A stretch of DNA of 58,743 bases from Terriglobales bacterium (GTDB lineage Bacteria > Acidobacteriota > Terriglobia > Terriglobales > SCQP01). The stretch lies in contig JBOGKJ010000362.1 in assembly GCA_050745565.1 (NCBI GenBank), positions 1 through 58,743 on the forward strand. The letters are read 5' to 3'. The translations under genes and the position numbers were made by a program. This document shows, piece after piece, positions 9,785-20,200 of this stretch. Every line of letters starts with the position of its first letter. The first letter of the stretch is position 1. The notes beneath the pieces were generated by a model. That model made no database searches, had not been told where the DNA came from, and saw only the letters and a list, made by a program, of their open reading frames with translations.

Positions 9785-12700
9785 ATGTCCCCCCGGCTTG
9801 GCCTCGCCGCGGCATTTTGTCTGTTTTTGGTCGGCGCCGGCGCCGCCGCCCAGACGCCGCGCCGGCTGCCCGACAATCCGGGCGCGCGCGCCGCCTGGTT
9901 CATGCACGCGCGGCGCAGTGCGGGCCAACCCCCGGCGGCGCGTCTGCAGCGCGCGCGCGTCCAGCGCCAGGCGACGGGCTATGCGCCGCGCCGTTCGGTG
10001 GTGTTCGAAGGCGCGCCTGGCCTGCCCGGCTTTTCGCCCACCCGCAGCGGCACCTGGCAGGCGCTGGGACCGGAACCGCTGGACACCACCGGCTCAACCG
10101 CCGGACTGAACGGGCCGCCAGGCCAGGACTACGGCGCCATTTCCGGCCGCGTGACCGCCATCGCCATTGACCCAGCCGACCCCACCGGCAACACCGTGTA
10201 TGTGGGCGCGGCCTTTGGCGGCGTCTGGAAATCCACCAACGCACTGAGCGCCTCGCCCACCTTCACGCCGCTCACCGACACGCAACCCACGCTTTCGGTC
10301 GGCGCCATGGCGGTGGATGCCAGCACCTCGCCCACCACCATCATCATCGGCACCGGCGAGGACAATGACGCGCTCGATTCCTATTACGGCGATGGCCTGC
10401 TCGAATCCAGCGACGGCGGTATGACCTGGACGCAGGTCACCAGCGCCGACAGCGGAACGAATAGCTTCGTCGGGCACAGCTTCTCGCGCATCCTATTCGA
10501 CCCGGCCAACCCCCAAATCGTGCTGGCGGGCGTGACCAGCCACGACATCGGCACCCAGGTCTCGGGGGCGACCGGCATCTATCGTTCCGTGGACCACGGC
10601 AAGACGTGGTCATCGGTGCTCGCCGTCTCCGGCGGCCGCAGCGCCATGGACATCGTCTATGACGCCACCAATCAGGCCTACTACGCCGCCATCGCCACCG
10701 AAGGCATTTACAAATCCACCAACCAAGGCGCCACCTGGACCCCAACCACAACCCCGTTTGCCAACGGATTGCCGACGACCATTCAGAATGGCAACAGTTA
10801 CGATTTCGAGCGCGCCGCGCTGGCCGCGCGCAACGGCACCATTTACGCGTTGATCGGCGATTCGTCGGGGTCGCTGGGCAGCCTCTCGACACCCACGCCC
10901 TGCACCGCGGCCAACACCCCCAACTGTGACACCGGGCTGGTGCAGTCCACCGACGGCGGCGCCACCTGGAAGCCGATCCCGGTGCCGGACGCCTCGTCGG
11001 CGCTAGGCGGGACCTTCAGCAACATCTTTTGCGAGAGCATCGGCGGCGCCGCCACACTGTGCCAGAGCATGTACGACATTGAAATGGCGGCCCCGCCCGG
11101 AGGCGGCGGCCTCGTGGTCGGAGGATTGGACATCTGGAGCACGGCCACCGTGCCGGCCATGACCGCCAACGGCGTGAGCAGCGCCTGGACCGACCTGACC
11201 CAGGCTTATGGGAACGCGCTGGGGGAAATCCACACCGACCAGCACGCCATCGCGCTGCTTGACGCCAACACCTGGTTCGTTGGCAATGACGGCGGCGCCT
11301 GGGCCACCACCAGCGCCGGCGCCAGTTGGAAGGACCTCAACGCCACGCTGGCGACGCTGCAGTTCTACAGCGTCGCGCCCGACCAGCAAACGCCGGACGT
11401 CTGGATCGGCGGTTCGCAGGACAACGGCACCGCCAGACTGAGCGGCGGCGGACTGAGCTGGACGCGCTGGTTCTGGGGCGATGGCGGCTTCACCGCCACT
11501 AACCCGGCCTCGGCTTCGCAGTATTTCACCGAGAACTACAACATCGGCGTGTGGCGCTCGGATCAGGCCGGCACCGACACCGACAATTCACTTACCGATG
11601 TCGTCGATGACGGCATCATCGCCGACGCCTCGGATTTTTACGTGCCCTTCCTTGTGCGTCCGGCGCCCAACACCACCTCGCTACTGTTGGGCACCTGCCG
11701 CGTGTGGGCCGGCCCGGACAATGACGCGTCATCGCCGATTTCGGGCGCGGGCGGCTGGTTCGCCTACAGCGGCGACCTCACCACCGGCGGCTCCGGCACG
11801 GGCACGTGCGCCAACAACGGCTCCTACATTACCGACGTCGCCGTCTCGGCAAGCAACCCTGACATTGCCTGGGCGGTTACCAACGATGGCAACGTCGAAG
11901 AGACCGTGAACCTCACCTCCGCCACCACCAATGCGCCCGCCGTCTGGACCAACAAGGCCGCGACGCCGCTGCCGGCCCAGGCCGTGTTCAGTTCGGTCGC
12001 CATCAACCCGGTGAACCCGAACGCGGTCTACGTCGGGGCGCAGGGTTTCGGCACCGGCCATGTCTACAAGTCCAGCGACGGCGGCAACAGTTGGACCAAC
12101 ATCAGCGGCAACCTCCCCGACGCGCCGGTGAACTGGATCCTGATTGACCCCAAGGGGCCGAACAACAATATTTACATTGCCAGCGATGTCGGCGTGTTCG
12201 TGGCCACCGACGGGGGCGTGGCAAACGAGCAGTGGACGCAGGTGGGGCAGGGGCTGCCGGACACGGCGGTGCTGCAAATCGCGCTGTCGCCTGCGACCTG
12301 GCCCACGCGCGAACTGGTCGCCGCCACCCACGGCCGCGGCATGTATCAGATTGCGCCGCTGACCACGCCGAGTTTCTCGCTCGCCGCCTCGCCCGCCACG
12401 CAAACCGTGCTGGACGGCGCGGCCGCCAGTTTCACCCTCCAGGTCACCGGCGCCAACGGCGAGGCCGGCCCGGTCACGCTGAGCTGCACGGCGCCGGCAA
12501 CCGGCTGCTCGATCTCGCCCACCTCGGTGGCGCCCGGCGCCACAGCGACGGTGACGCTGGCGGCCAGCGCGGTGGCGGCGGGCGCCAACACCGTCACCGT
12601 CTCCGGCACCGACGGCGTCAACACCGAAACCGTCTCGGCCACCATCACGGGCCAGAACTTTCAGGTGGCCGCCAGCCCGGCGCAGCAGGGTGTGAGTTCC

Positions 12701-14341
12701 GGCTCCGGCGCCAGCCTGAGCCTGAAGGTGACCGCCGCCAGCGGCTACAGCGGACCCATCGCGCTGGCTTGCACCGCGCCGGCTGCTGGCTGCAGCGTGA
12801 GCCCGGCGAGTCTTCCCGGCAGCGGCACGGCCACCGTCACGATTGCCGCCAGCTCGCTCCCAATCGGCTCCAACACCATTACGCTGAGCGCCACCGGCAG
12901 CGGCGTCACCGAGACCGCCACGGCCACCGTGAACGTGCAGATGTTCGCCGTTGCCCTCGCCGCACCCCCGGCCGCCCTCCTCGCCGGCGCCGGAGCCAGC
13001 CTGAACCTCACCACCACCGCCGCCAGCGGCTTCACGGGAACGCTGGCGCTCGCCTGCACCGCGCCCGCCTCCGGCTGCAGCGTCAGCCCCGCGAGCGTCG
13101 CCGCAGGCGGCTCGGCCATGGTGTCGCTCGCGGCCAGCGCGCTGAACGGTGGCGACAACACCGTGACAGTGACGGCCACCTCGAGCGGCGTGACGCAGAC
13201 CGCGTCGGCCACCGTGACAGTCGAGGATTTTGGCGTCGCCCTCGCCGCGCCCGCCACGGCCGTCGTGAGCGGCAGCCCGGCCACGCTGCCGCTCACGACC
13301 AGCGCCATCGGCGGCTATAGCGGCACGCTGGCGCTCGCCTGCACCACGCCCGCCACCGGCTGCACCGTCAGCCCCACCAGTGTCGCCGCGGGCGGCTCGG
13401 CCACGGTAACCGTCGCCGCCACCGCGCTGGCGCCTGGCGCCAACACCGTCACTGTCGCCGCCACTGGCGGCGGCCTCACCCATTCCGCCACCGCCACCGC
13501 CACGGTCGGGGACTTTGGCGTGGCGCTCACCGCGCCCTCCCAGGCTGTGGCCGTCGGCACCGCCGCAACGTTGGGGCTGACCACCACCGCGATCAGCGGC
13601 TACAGCGGCTCGCTGGCGCTCGCCTGCACCGTGCCCGCTTCCGGTTGCACCGTCAGCCCCGCCACCGTCAGGGCCGGCGGCACGGCCACCGTCACCGTCG
13701 CCGCCAGCGCGCTGACGCTCGGCGCCAACACCGTCACCGCCACTGCCACCGGCAGCGGCCTCACCCACACGGCGTCCGCCACCGCCAACGTAGCCGACTT
13801 CAGCCTCACTGCGACCTCATCCTCGGCCAGCGTAACGCCAGGCCAGAGCGCGACCTATGCCCTGACGCTCACGGCCGAGGGCGGCTTCAGCCGCGCCGTT
13901 GGCCTGGCCTGCACCGGCGCGCCAGCGACCACCAACTGTACCGTCTCGCCTGCTTCGCTCACCCCCGGCGCCAGCGGCACCGCCGCCACCGTTACCGTCA
14001 CTACCACCGCAGCCGGCGCCGTTGTGCCGCCGCCGGCGGGCCCGCCGAGTGGGGGCGGCCGCGATTGGCTGCTCGCCCTGCTGGCGCTCGCCGCGCTAGC
14101 GCTGGCCACGGCGTACGCAATGAGCCGCCGCATCTCCGTCACGGCCGTGACTTGGGTCCGCACCGGGCTCGGGGCCGCGCTCATCGGTGGCACGCTGCTG
14201 CTGGCGGGCTGCGGCACGCCGAATCAGCCCGTCCAGCCGGTCACGACCCCCGGCACGCCGCAAGGCAGCTACACGTTCACCGTCACCGCCAGCGGCGGTT
14301 CGGCCAAGCACACCTTGCCACTGACACTGATGGTTCAGTAA
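9785..14341 (+). CDS. Giant secreted BNR/sortilin-like beta-propeller protein with six tandem Ig-like domains and a hydrophobic C-terminal region
   Basis: Signal peptide MSPRLGLAAAFCLFLVGAGAAAQ. SxDxGxTW motifs (SSDGGMTW, SVDHGKTW, STNQGATW, STDGGATW, SSDGGNSW). Six 95-aa repeats, each with LACTxPxxGCxVSP. The ORF track start at 9659 runs through repeat DNA, so ATG 9785 is preferred. Confidence 0.7.
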   Translation: MSPRLGLAAAFCLFLVGAGAAAQTPRRLPDNPGARAAWFMHARRSAGQPPAARLQRARVQRQATGYAPRRSVVFEGAPGLPGFSPTRSGTWQALGPEPLDTTGSTAGLNGPPGQDYGAISGRVTAIAIDPADPTGNTVYVGAAFGGVWKSTNALSASPTFTPLTDTQPTLSVGAMAVDASTSPTTIIIGTGEDNDALDSYYGDGLLESSDGGMTWTQVTSADSGTNSFVGHSFSRILFDPANPQIVLAGVTSHDIGTQVSGATGIYRSVDHGKTWSSVLAVSGGRSAMDIVYDATNQAYYAAIATEGIYKSTNQGATWTPTTTPFANGLPTTIQNGNSYDFERAALAARNGTIYALIGDSSGSLGSLSTPTPCTAANTPNCDTGLVQSTDGGATWKPIPVPDASSALGGTFSNIFCESIGGAATLCQSMYDIEMAAPPGGGGLVVGGLDIWSTATVPAMTANGVSSAWTDLTQAYGNALGEIHTDQHAIALLDANTWFVGNDGGAWATTSAGASWKDLNATLATLQFYSVAPDQQTPDVWIGGSQDNGTARLSGGGLSWTRWFWGDGGFTATNPASASQYFTENYNIGVWRSDQAGTDTDNSLTDVVDDGIIADASDFYVPFLVRPAPNTTSLLLGTCRVWAGPDNDASSPISGAGGWFAYSGDLTTGGSGTGTCANNGSYITDVAVSASNPDIAWAVTNDGNVEETVNLTSATTNAPAVWTNKAATPLPAQAVFSSVAINPVNPNAVYVGAQGFGTGHVYKSSDGGNSWTNISGNLPDAPVNWILIDPKGPNNNIYIASDVGVFVATDGGVANEQWTQVGQGLPDTAVLQIALSPATWPTRELVAATHGRGMYQIAPLTTPSFSLAASPATQTVLDGAAASFTLQVTGANGEAGPVTLSCTAPATGCSISPTSVAPGATATVTLAASAVAAGANTVTVSGTDGVNTETVSATITGQNFQVAASPAQQGVSSGSGASLSLKVTAASGYSGPIALACTAPAAGCSVSPASLPGSGTATVTIAASSLPIGSNTITLSATGSGVTETATATVNVQMFAVALAAPPAALLAGAGASLNLTTTAASGFTGTLALACTAPASGCSVSPASVAAGGSAMVSLAASALNGGDNTVTVTATSSGVTQTASATVTVEDFGVALAAPATAVVSGSPATLPLTTSAIGGYSGTLALACTTPATGCTVSPTSVAAGGSATVTVAATALAPGANTVTVAATGGGLTHSATATATVGDFGVALTAPSQAVAVGTAATLGLTTTAISGYSGSLALACTVPASGCTVSPATVRAGGTATVTVAASALTLGANTVTATATGSGLTHTASATANVADFSLTATSSSASVTPGQSATYALTLTAEGGFSRAVGLACTGAPATTNCTVSPASLTPGASGTAATVTVTTTAAGAVVPPPAGPPSGGGRDWLLALLALAALALATAYAMSRRISVTAVTWVRTGLGAALIGGTLLLAGCGTPNQPVQPVTTPGTPQGSYTFTVTASGGSAKHTLPLTLMVQ
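12371..14083 (+). repeat. Six tandem 285-nt (95-aa) intragenic repeats
   Basis: The Phe codon that opens each unit sits at 12374, 12659, 12944, 13229, 13514 and 13799, exactly 285 nt apart. CTGGCGCTCGCCTGCACC is shared verbatim by units 3-5. Confidence 0.9.
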
Positions 14342-14350
14342 GAGCCGAAG

Positions 14351-14520
14351 CGGCGCGGCCGCCAGTCTCAGGACGCCCTCCCGCAGCTCCCACCCCAAGG
14401 CGCAAGCGCCTTGGGGGCCCGGGGGTCGGGCTGCGGCCGGAACTCGCTTGGCGGCAACGCGAGCCCGCTCTGCTCGGTGAACGCGCCACCGGCGCCTTCT
14501 CCCGTCCAAGTTGCCTCGTC
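14351..14520 (+). repeat. Module A, copy A2 (long 3' variant)
   Basis: Full-length copy with hairpin 14393-14416. Core CTTGGCGGCAACGCGAGCCCGCTCTGCTC. 3' end CCGTCCAAGTTGCCTCG. The flanking genes are both on the + strand. Confidence 0.9.
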
Positions 14521-14566
14521 TGGCGCTCAGGGACTGAAATAAAGCGCGCGCCGGGTGGGGATAAAG

Positions 14567-14572
14567 TATACT
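14567..14572 (+). promoter_or_regulatory. -10-like TATACT upstream of the S9 peptidase gene
   Basis: GATAAAGTATACT lies 18 nt before the ATG, with GAGGTG in between. Confidence 0.3.
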
Positions 14573-14590
14573 GCCGCCGAGGTGTTGCTC

Positions 14591-17197
14591 ATGTCCTTCG
14601 CCCGCCACTGTCGTCTCCTCACCCTTGCCGCCGCGCTGTCGGTCGCGGCGTCGCTCGCCGGTTCAGCGCTGGCCCAAGGCACGGCCGCCGACTACAACCG
14701 CGCTGAACATCTCAGCCAGCATTTTCGCGACTTGGCGCTGAATCTGCCGGGGCCGACGAACTGGATCGCGGGCAGCGATCACTTCTGGTACCACAAGACG
14801 GTGCCCGGAGGAATCGAGTTCATCTGGGTGGACGCCGCCACCGCGACCAAGCGCCCGGCGTTCGATCACGCGCGCCTCGCGGCCGCGCTCACCACCGCGA
14901 CCGGCCACACCTACAGCGCCACCACGCTGCCGTTTTTTGATCCGCCACCGCCGGGCCGGCGGGGCGGTTTCGGCCGCGGCCGCGGCGGCGTGGGCGGGCT
15001 CGAGTTTGTGGAGGGCGAGCAGGCGATCGCGTTTGGGCTGGCCGGCTACCAGTGGCGGTGCGATCTGCAGAGCTACAACTGTGCGCGCGGAGCGGCGATC
15101 ACCGGCGGCCGTGGCGGGCGCGGCGCGTTCGGGCGCGGCCCGCAGGCGGACCCGCCCTATGCACAGGTTGGGTTGGGGGCGAGCCTCAGCGGGATGCGTG
15201 GCACAGCCGCGCAGGGGCCCGCGCCAGAAAATGCCGCGACTCAACTACCGCCCTATGATCCCTATGGGTTTGACGCGCCACCGATGATGGACAACGACGT
15301 CGTGGACGGCGTTCAGAACCTGGTGCCGGATGCGACCGCGGCGGCGGCGGCGGCGATGCAGGCAGCGCCGCCCGCGCCGCCCCGTACCAACGGCCCCACT
15401 TTCAAAACCTCCGCTGACGGCCAGTGGGAGGCCTACATCGAAAACTACAACGTCTTCCTGCGCCATCCCGGCGACAAAACCGGCACGCCGCTCAGCTACG
15501 ACGGCTCCGAGGGCAACTACTATAGCCTGCGCACCGTCGCCTGGTCGCCCAACTCCGAGTTTCTGGCCGCCTACGCGACCCGCCCCGGCTACCAGCGCCA
15601 CATCCAATACGTCGAGAGCTCGCCCACCACGCAGGTGCAGCCCATCGCCTTCCAGGGTCCGCTCTACAACAAGGCCGGCGACACGCTGCCCATCGCGCAC
15701 CCGGCGCTGTTCTCGATCGCCACGCGGCACGAGACTGAAATCAGCGACGCGCTGTTCCCCAACCCATTCAATCTGACGCCGCCGGTCTGGTGGAAGGACA
15801 GCCGCGGCTTCACCTTCGACTACAACCAGCGCGGCCACCAGGTCTACCGCGTCATCCAGGTGGATGCGCCCTCGGGCCGCGCCCGCACGCTGATTGACGA
15901 GACCAGCAAGACCTTCATTGACTACCAACCGCTGGGGGCGAACCCCACCGACACCGGCAAGACGTACCGCTACGACGTGAACGACGGCCGCCAGATCATC
16001 TGGGCCTCGGAGCGCGACGGCTGGGAGCACCTCTACCTGTACACGTTCGCGGCCGGCGGCGCGCCCACCATCCACAAAATCACCGCCGGCGACTGGCCGG
16101 TGCGGGCCGTGGACTACGTGGACCCGGTGCAGCACCAAATCTGGTTTGAGGCCAGCGGCACCATGCCCGGCCAGGACCCCTACTTCCTGCACTATTACCG
16201 GATCAACTTCGACGGCACCGGCCTGGTGCAGTACACCAGCGCCGACGGCGACCACACGGTCAGCTTCTCGCCCGACCGCCAGTACTACACCGACACCTGG
16301 TCGCGCGTGGATCAGGCGCCGGCCTCGGAACTGCGGCGCACGTCGGATCAGAAAGTGCTGCTGCCGCTGGAGCAGGGCGACATTTCGAAACTCGAAGCCG
16401 CCGGCTGGAAGCCGCCGCTCGTGATGCACGCCAAGGGGCGCGACGGGGTGACCGACATCTGGGGCATCATCTGGCGGCCGACCAACTTCGACCCGCAGAA
16501 GAAGTATCCGGTGGTGGAGAGCATCTACGCCGGCCCGCAGGGGAATTTCGTTCCCAAAACGTTCAGCCCGCGGGCCCAGGCGCTCGCCGAGCTGGGCTTC
16601 GTCGTGGTCCAGATTGATGGCATGGGCACCAACAACCGCAGCCGCGCCTTCCACGACGTGGCCTGGAAGGACCTCAAGGACGCGGGCTTTCCCGACCGCA
16701 TTCTCTGGCACAAGGCGGCGGCGGCGCGCTATCCCTGGTATGACATCAGCCAGGGCGTCGGCATTTACGGCACCTCGGCCGGCGGGCAGAGCGCGCTGGG
16801 CGCGCTGCTGTTCCATCCGGATTTCTACAAGATCGGTGTCTCCAACAGCGGCTGCCACGACAACCGCATGGACAAGATCTGGTGGAACGAGCAGTGGATG
16901 GGCTGGCCGGTGGGCCCGCAGTACGCCGAGGACTCGAACGTGGACAATGCCTGGCGGTTGCAGGGCAAGCTGCTGCTGGTACTGGGTGAACTCGACAACA
17001 ACGTGGACCCGTCCTCCACGCTGCAGGTTGTCAACCAACTCATCAAGCACAATAAGCGCTTTGATCTGCTCGAAGTCCCCGGCGGCGGCCACGGCGCCGG
17101 CGGCGCTTATTACCAGCACCTGCTGGAGGATTTTTTCGTTCACAACATGCTGCACGTGGAGCCGCCGGTGTGGAACACGGCGGCGGCCAGTCGTTAA
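14591..17197 (+). CDS. S9-family serine peptidase (dipeptidyl-peptidase IV-like N-terminal propeller plus prolyl-oligopeptidase catalytic domain)
   Basis: Signal peptide [29 protein letters not shown]. Nucleophile elbow [10 protein letters not shown]-terminal Asp/His region LGELDNNVD...GGGHG. GAGGTG lies 6 nt upstream of ATG 14591. Confidence 0.85.
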   Translation: MSFARHCRLLTLAAALSVAASLAGSALAQGTAADYNRAEHLSQHFRDLALNLPGPTNWIAGSDHFWYHKTVPGGIEFIWVDAATATKRPAFDHARLAAALTTATGHTYSATTLPFFDPPPPGRRGGFGRGRGGVGGLEFVEGEQAIAFGLAGYQWRCDLQSYNCARGAAITGGRGGRGAFGRGPQADPPYAQVGLGASLSGMRGTAAQGPAPENAATQLPPYDPYGFDAPPMMDNDVVDGVQNLVPDATAAAAAAMQAAPPAPPRTNGPTFKTSADGQWEAYIENYNVFLRHPGDKTGTPLSYDGSEGNYYSLRTVAWSPNSEFLAAYATRPGYQRHIQYVESSPTTQVQPIAFQGPLYNKAGDTLPIAHPALFSIATRHETEISDALFPNPFNLTPPVWWKDSRGFTFDYNQRGHQVYRVIQVDAPSGRARTLIDETSKTFIDYQPLGANPTDTGKTYRYDVNDGRQIIWASERDGWEHLYLYTFAAGGAPTIHKITAGDWPVRAVDYVDPVQHQIWFEASGTMPGQDPYFLHYYRINFDGTGLVQYTSADGDHTVSFSPDRQYYTDTWSRVDQAPASELRRTSDQKVLLPLEQGDISKLEAAGWKPPLVMHAKGRDGVTDIWGIIWRPTNFDPQKKYPVVESIYAGPQGNFVPKTFSPRAQALAELGFVVVQIDGMGTNNRSRAFHDVAWKDLKDAGFPDRILWHKAAAARYPWYDISQGVGIYGTSAGGQSALGALLFHPDFYKIGVSNSGCHDNRMDKIWWNEQWMGWPVGPQYAEDSNVDNAWRLQGKLLLVLGELDNNVDPSSTLQVVNQLIKHNKRFDLLEVPGGGHGAGGAYYQHLLEDFFVHNMLHVEPPVWNTAAASR

Positions 17198-17218
17198 TCG
17201 TTGGTCGTTAGTCGTTAG
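17191..17218 (+). repeat. Heptanucleotide tandem array (4 units) spanning the S9 peptidase stop codon
   Basis: TCGTTAA TCGTTGG TCGTTAG TCGTTAG. The TAA in the first unit is the stop codon. Confidence 0.9.
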
Positions 17219-17254
17219 CTCGATGCGCGCTCGCGAAGGGATTGGGGAACTCGA

Positions 17255-20200
17255 ATGAACATGAAGCTTGCAATGGCGGTGGTGGCGGCAATGAGTGTGG
17301 CGGCGGTGGGGCAGCGCTTCGGGCGTGGTCCGGCTGGACCGCAGCGGGCGCAAACCCCGGCGGCGCTGCATTTTGACTACCTCGGCCCGCAACCGTCGGG
17401 GCGGATCGCCGCGGCGGCGGGCGTGGAGGGCGACCCGAACACTTATTACCTCGGGGCTTCCTCCGGCGGGGTATGGAAGTCCACCGATGGCGGGCACACG
17501 TTTAAGCCGGTGTTCGACGGCGAGGACGCGCTGGCGATCGGTGCGCTAGCGGTGGCGCCCTCCGACCCCAACACGGTGTGGGCGGGAACGGGCGAGGCCT
17601 GGGCCATCCGCGACATTGACATGATGGGCGACGGCATCTACAAATCGAGCGACGCCGGCGCCACCTGGACCCACCTGGGCCTGGAAAAGACCGGCCGCAT
17701 TGGACGCATCCTCGTCAGCCCCGCCGACGTCAACACCGTCTACGTCTGCGCGCTGGGCACCACCACCGGGCCGCAGCAGGACCGGGGCGTGTTCAAGACC
17801 ACCGACGGCGGCGCGCACTGGCAGCGGGTGCTGTTCGTCAACCCCTGGACGGGCTGCTCTGGCCTCGCCATGGACGCGCACGACCCCAACACGCTGCTGG
17901 CGGGCACCTGGCAGGTGCTAATGCACACCTGGGGCGAGTTCAGCGGCACTTGGCCGGGCTACACCGGCACCCCCGGCAGCGGCGTCTACATCAGCCACGA
18001 CGGCGGCGCCACCTGGACGCACATCACCGAGGGGATGCCCAAACCGCCGGTGGGCAAAATTGACGTCGCCATCGCGCCCAGCGACTCCCAGCGCATGTAC
18101 GCGCTCATCCAGACCGCCGACCAGGGCTCGCTGTGGCGCTCGGACGACGGCGGCGTGACCTGGCGCGACGAGAACTGGAACCGCACCCTCATCGGCCGCG
18201 CCGGCTACTACATCCGCATCGCCGTCAACCCGCAGAACGAGGATGACGTGCTGGTGACCAACAGCGGCTTTCATCGCTCCTACAACGGCGGCAAGACCTT
18301 TGACGAGCCGCGGCCGCGGCCCGCGCCGGGCGCCCCGCGCCTCGACGCCAGTTGCGGCGACTGCCACGACATTTGGATGGACCCGAAAATTCCCGGCCGC
18401 TACGTGCTGACCGACGACGGCGGCGCCAGCATCGCCACCGGCCACAACGTGCTCTCCGTCCGCATCCCCGATGGCCAGATGTATCACGTCGCGCTGGACA
18501 ATCAGGTGCCCTACTGGGTCTACACCAACCGCCAGGACAACGGCACCATGCGCGGGCCCAGCAACGGCCCCGAGGGCACCGGCAACGGCGTGGTGCCGGG
18601 CGTGGCACAGAACCCGCGCGCTCCCGGGCGCGGCGGGCGCGGGGGCTTCGGCGGCCGCGGTGAGCAGGCGCCGGCGTGGCAGTACGCGCTGGGCGGGTGC
18701 GAATCCGGTTTTACCATTCCCGATCCCAAGGATCCGAACATCATCTGGGCCAGTTGCTATGGCGACGAAATCACGCGCTATGACGCCCGCGAAGGCATCG
18801 CGCGCTCAGTTTCGCCCTGGATGCATACGCTCGACTCCCAGCCCAATCTGCTCAAATACCGCTGCCACTGGACCCCGCCGATGGCGGTGGACCCGTTTGA
18901 CGGCAGCGTCTATTACGGCTGCCAGGTGATCTTCCATACCACCGACGGCGGCCAGTCCTGGAAGGTGATCAGCCCGGATCTCTCCACCCACAATCCGGCG
19001 CATATCGTCTCCTCCGGCGGCCTGGTGGGCGACAACCTGGGGCAGTTCTACGGCGACGTGGTGTTTGCCATAGCGCCCTCGCCCGTCCAGCGCCACCTGC
19101 TGTGGGCCGGCACCAACGATGGCAAGCTCTGGTACACCAGGGATGGCGGCGCGAATTGGGTGGATGTGACCAGCCATATCCACGGCCTGCCGGCGGAGGG
19201 CACGGTGGTCCAGATTTCGCCCTCGCATTTTGACCCGGCGACCGCCTACGTGGCATTTGATCTGCATCTCGACAACGACACCAATCCTTATCTGTTCAAG
19301 ACCACCGACTTCGGCCAGACCTGGACGCGGATCAGCGATGGCCTGCCGCACGGCAACCCGCTCGACTACACCCGCTCGATCGCCGACAACCCCAACCGCA
19401 AAGGCATGTTGTTTGCCGGCACCGGCCACGGCTTCTTCTACTCGCTCAACGACGGCCAAAGCTGGGCGCAGTTCCAGAAGGATCTGCCGCAGACGGCGGT
19501 GACCTGGATTACGGTCGAGCCGCGCTATCACGACGTGGTGGTTTCGACCTATGGGCGCGGCATCTACGTGCTGCGCAACATCAGCCTGCTGGAGCAGACC
19601 GGCGAGACGGCGCCGGCGGCCGACGCAACCCGGCTGTATAAGCCGACGGCCGGGTTCCGCATGCCGCGCTCGGGCAACGCTGGCTTCGAGTTCTCGCTGG
19701 CAGCGGCGCCGGCGGCGCCGCTGCAGTTCGAGATCCATGACGCAAACGGCGCCGTCATCCGCACCTTCGAGGCGGCCGGGCACGCCGGACTCAACCGCGT
19801 CACCTGGGACCTGCGCTATGAGGCGCCGACGCAGGTCGCTCTACGTTCCACGCCGCCCGACAACCCCACCATCTGGCAGGAGCCGCGCTTCCGGGGCCAT
19901 GATACCCGCCCCGTGGTGCACTGGGGTATCGAGGGCGCCGTGCGCACCGGGCCGATCGCCGCGCCCGGCAACTACACCGTGAGCGTCGCTGTGGATGGCA
20001 AAACGCTGAGCCAACCCTTCACGGTGCTCAAAGACCCGGCGATTGAAGCTTCGGACGCCGACCTCGTCGCCTCGACCAAGATGCAAGTCCGCGTGCGCAA
20101 CGACATGAACGAGGCTGCCGACATGATCAACCGCCTCGAGATCGTCCGCCGTCACGTGCAGGATGACACCGCGCAGAACAAGCCTAGGCCCGAACTGGTG

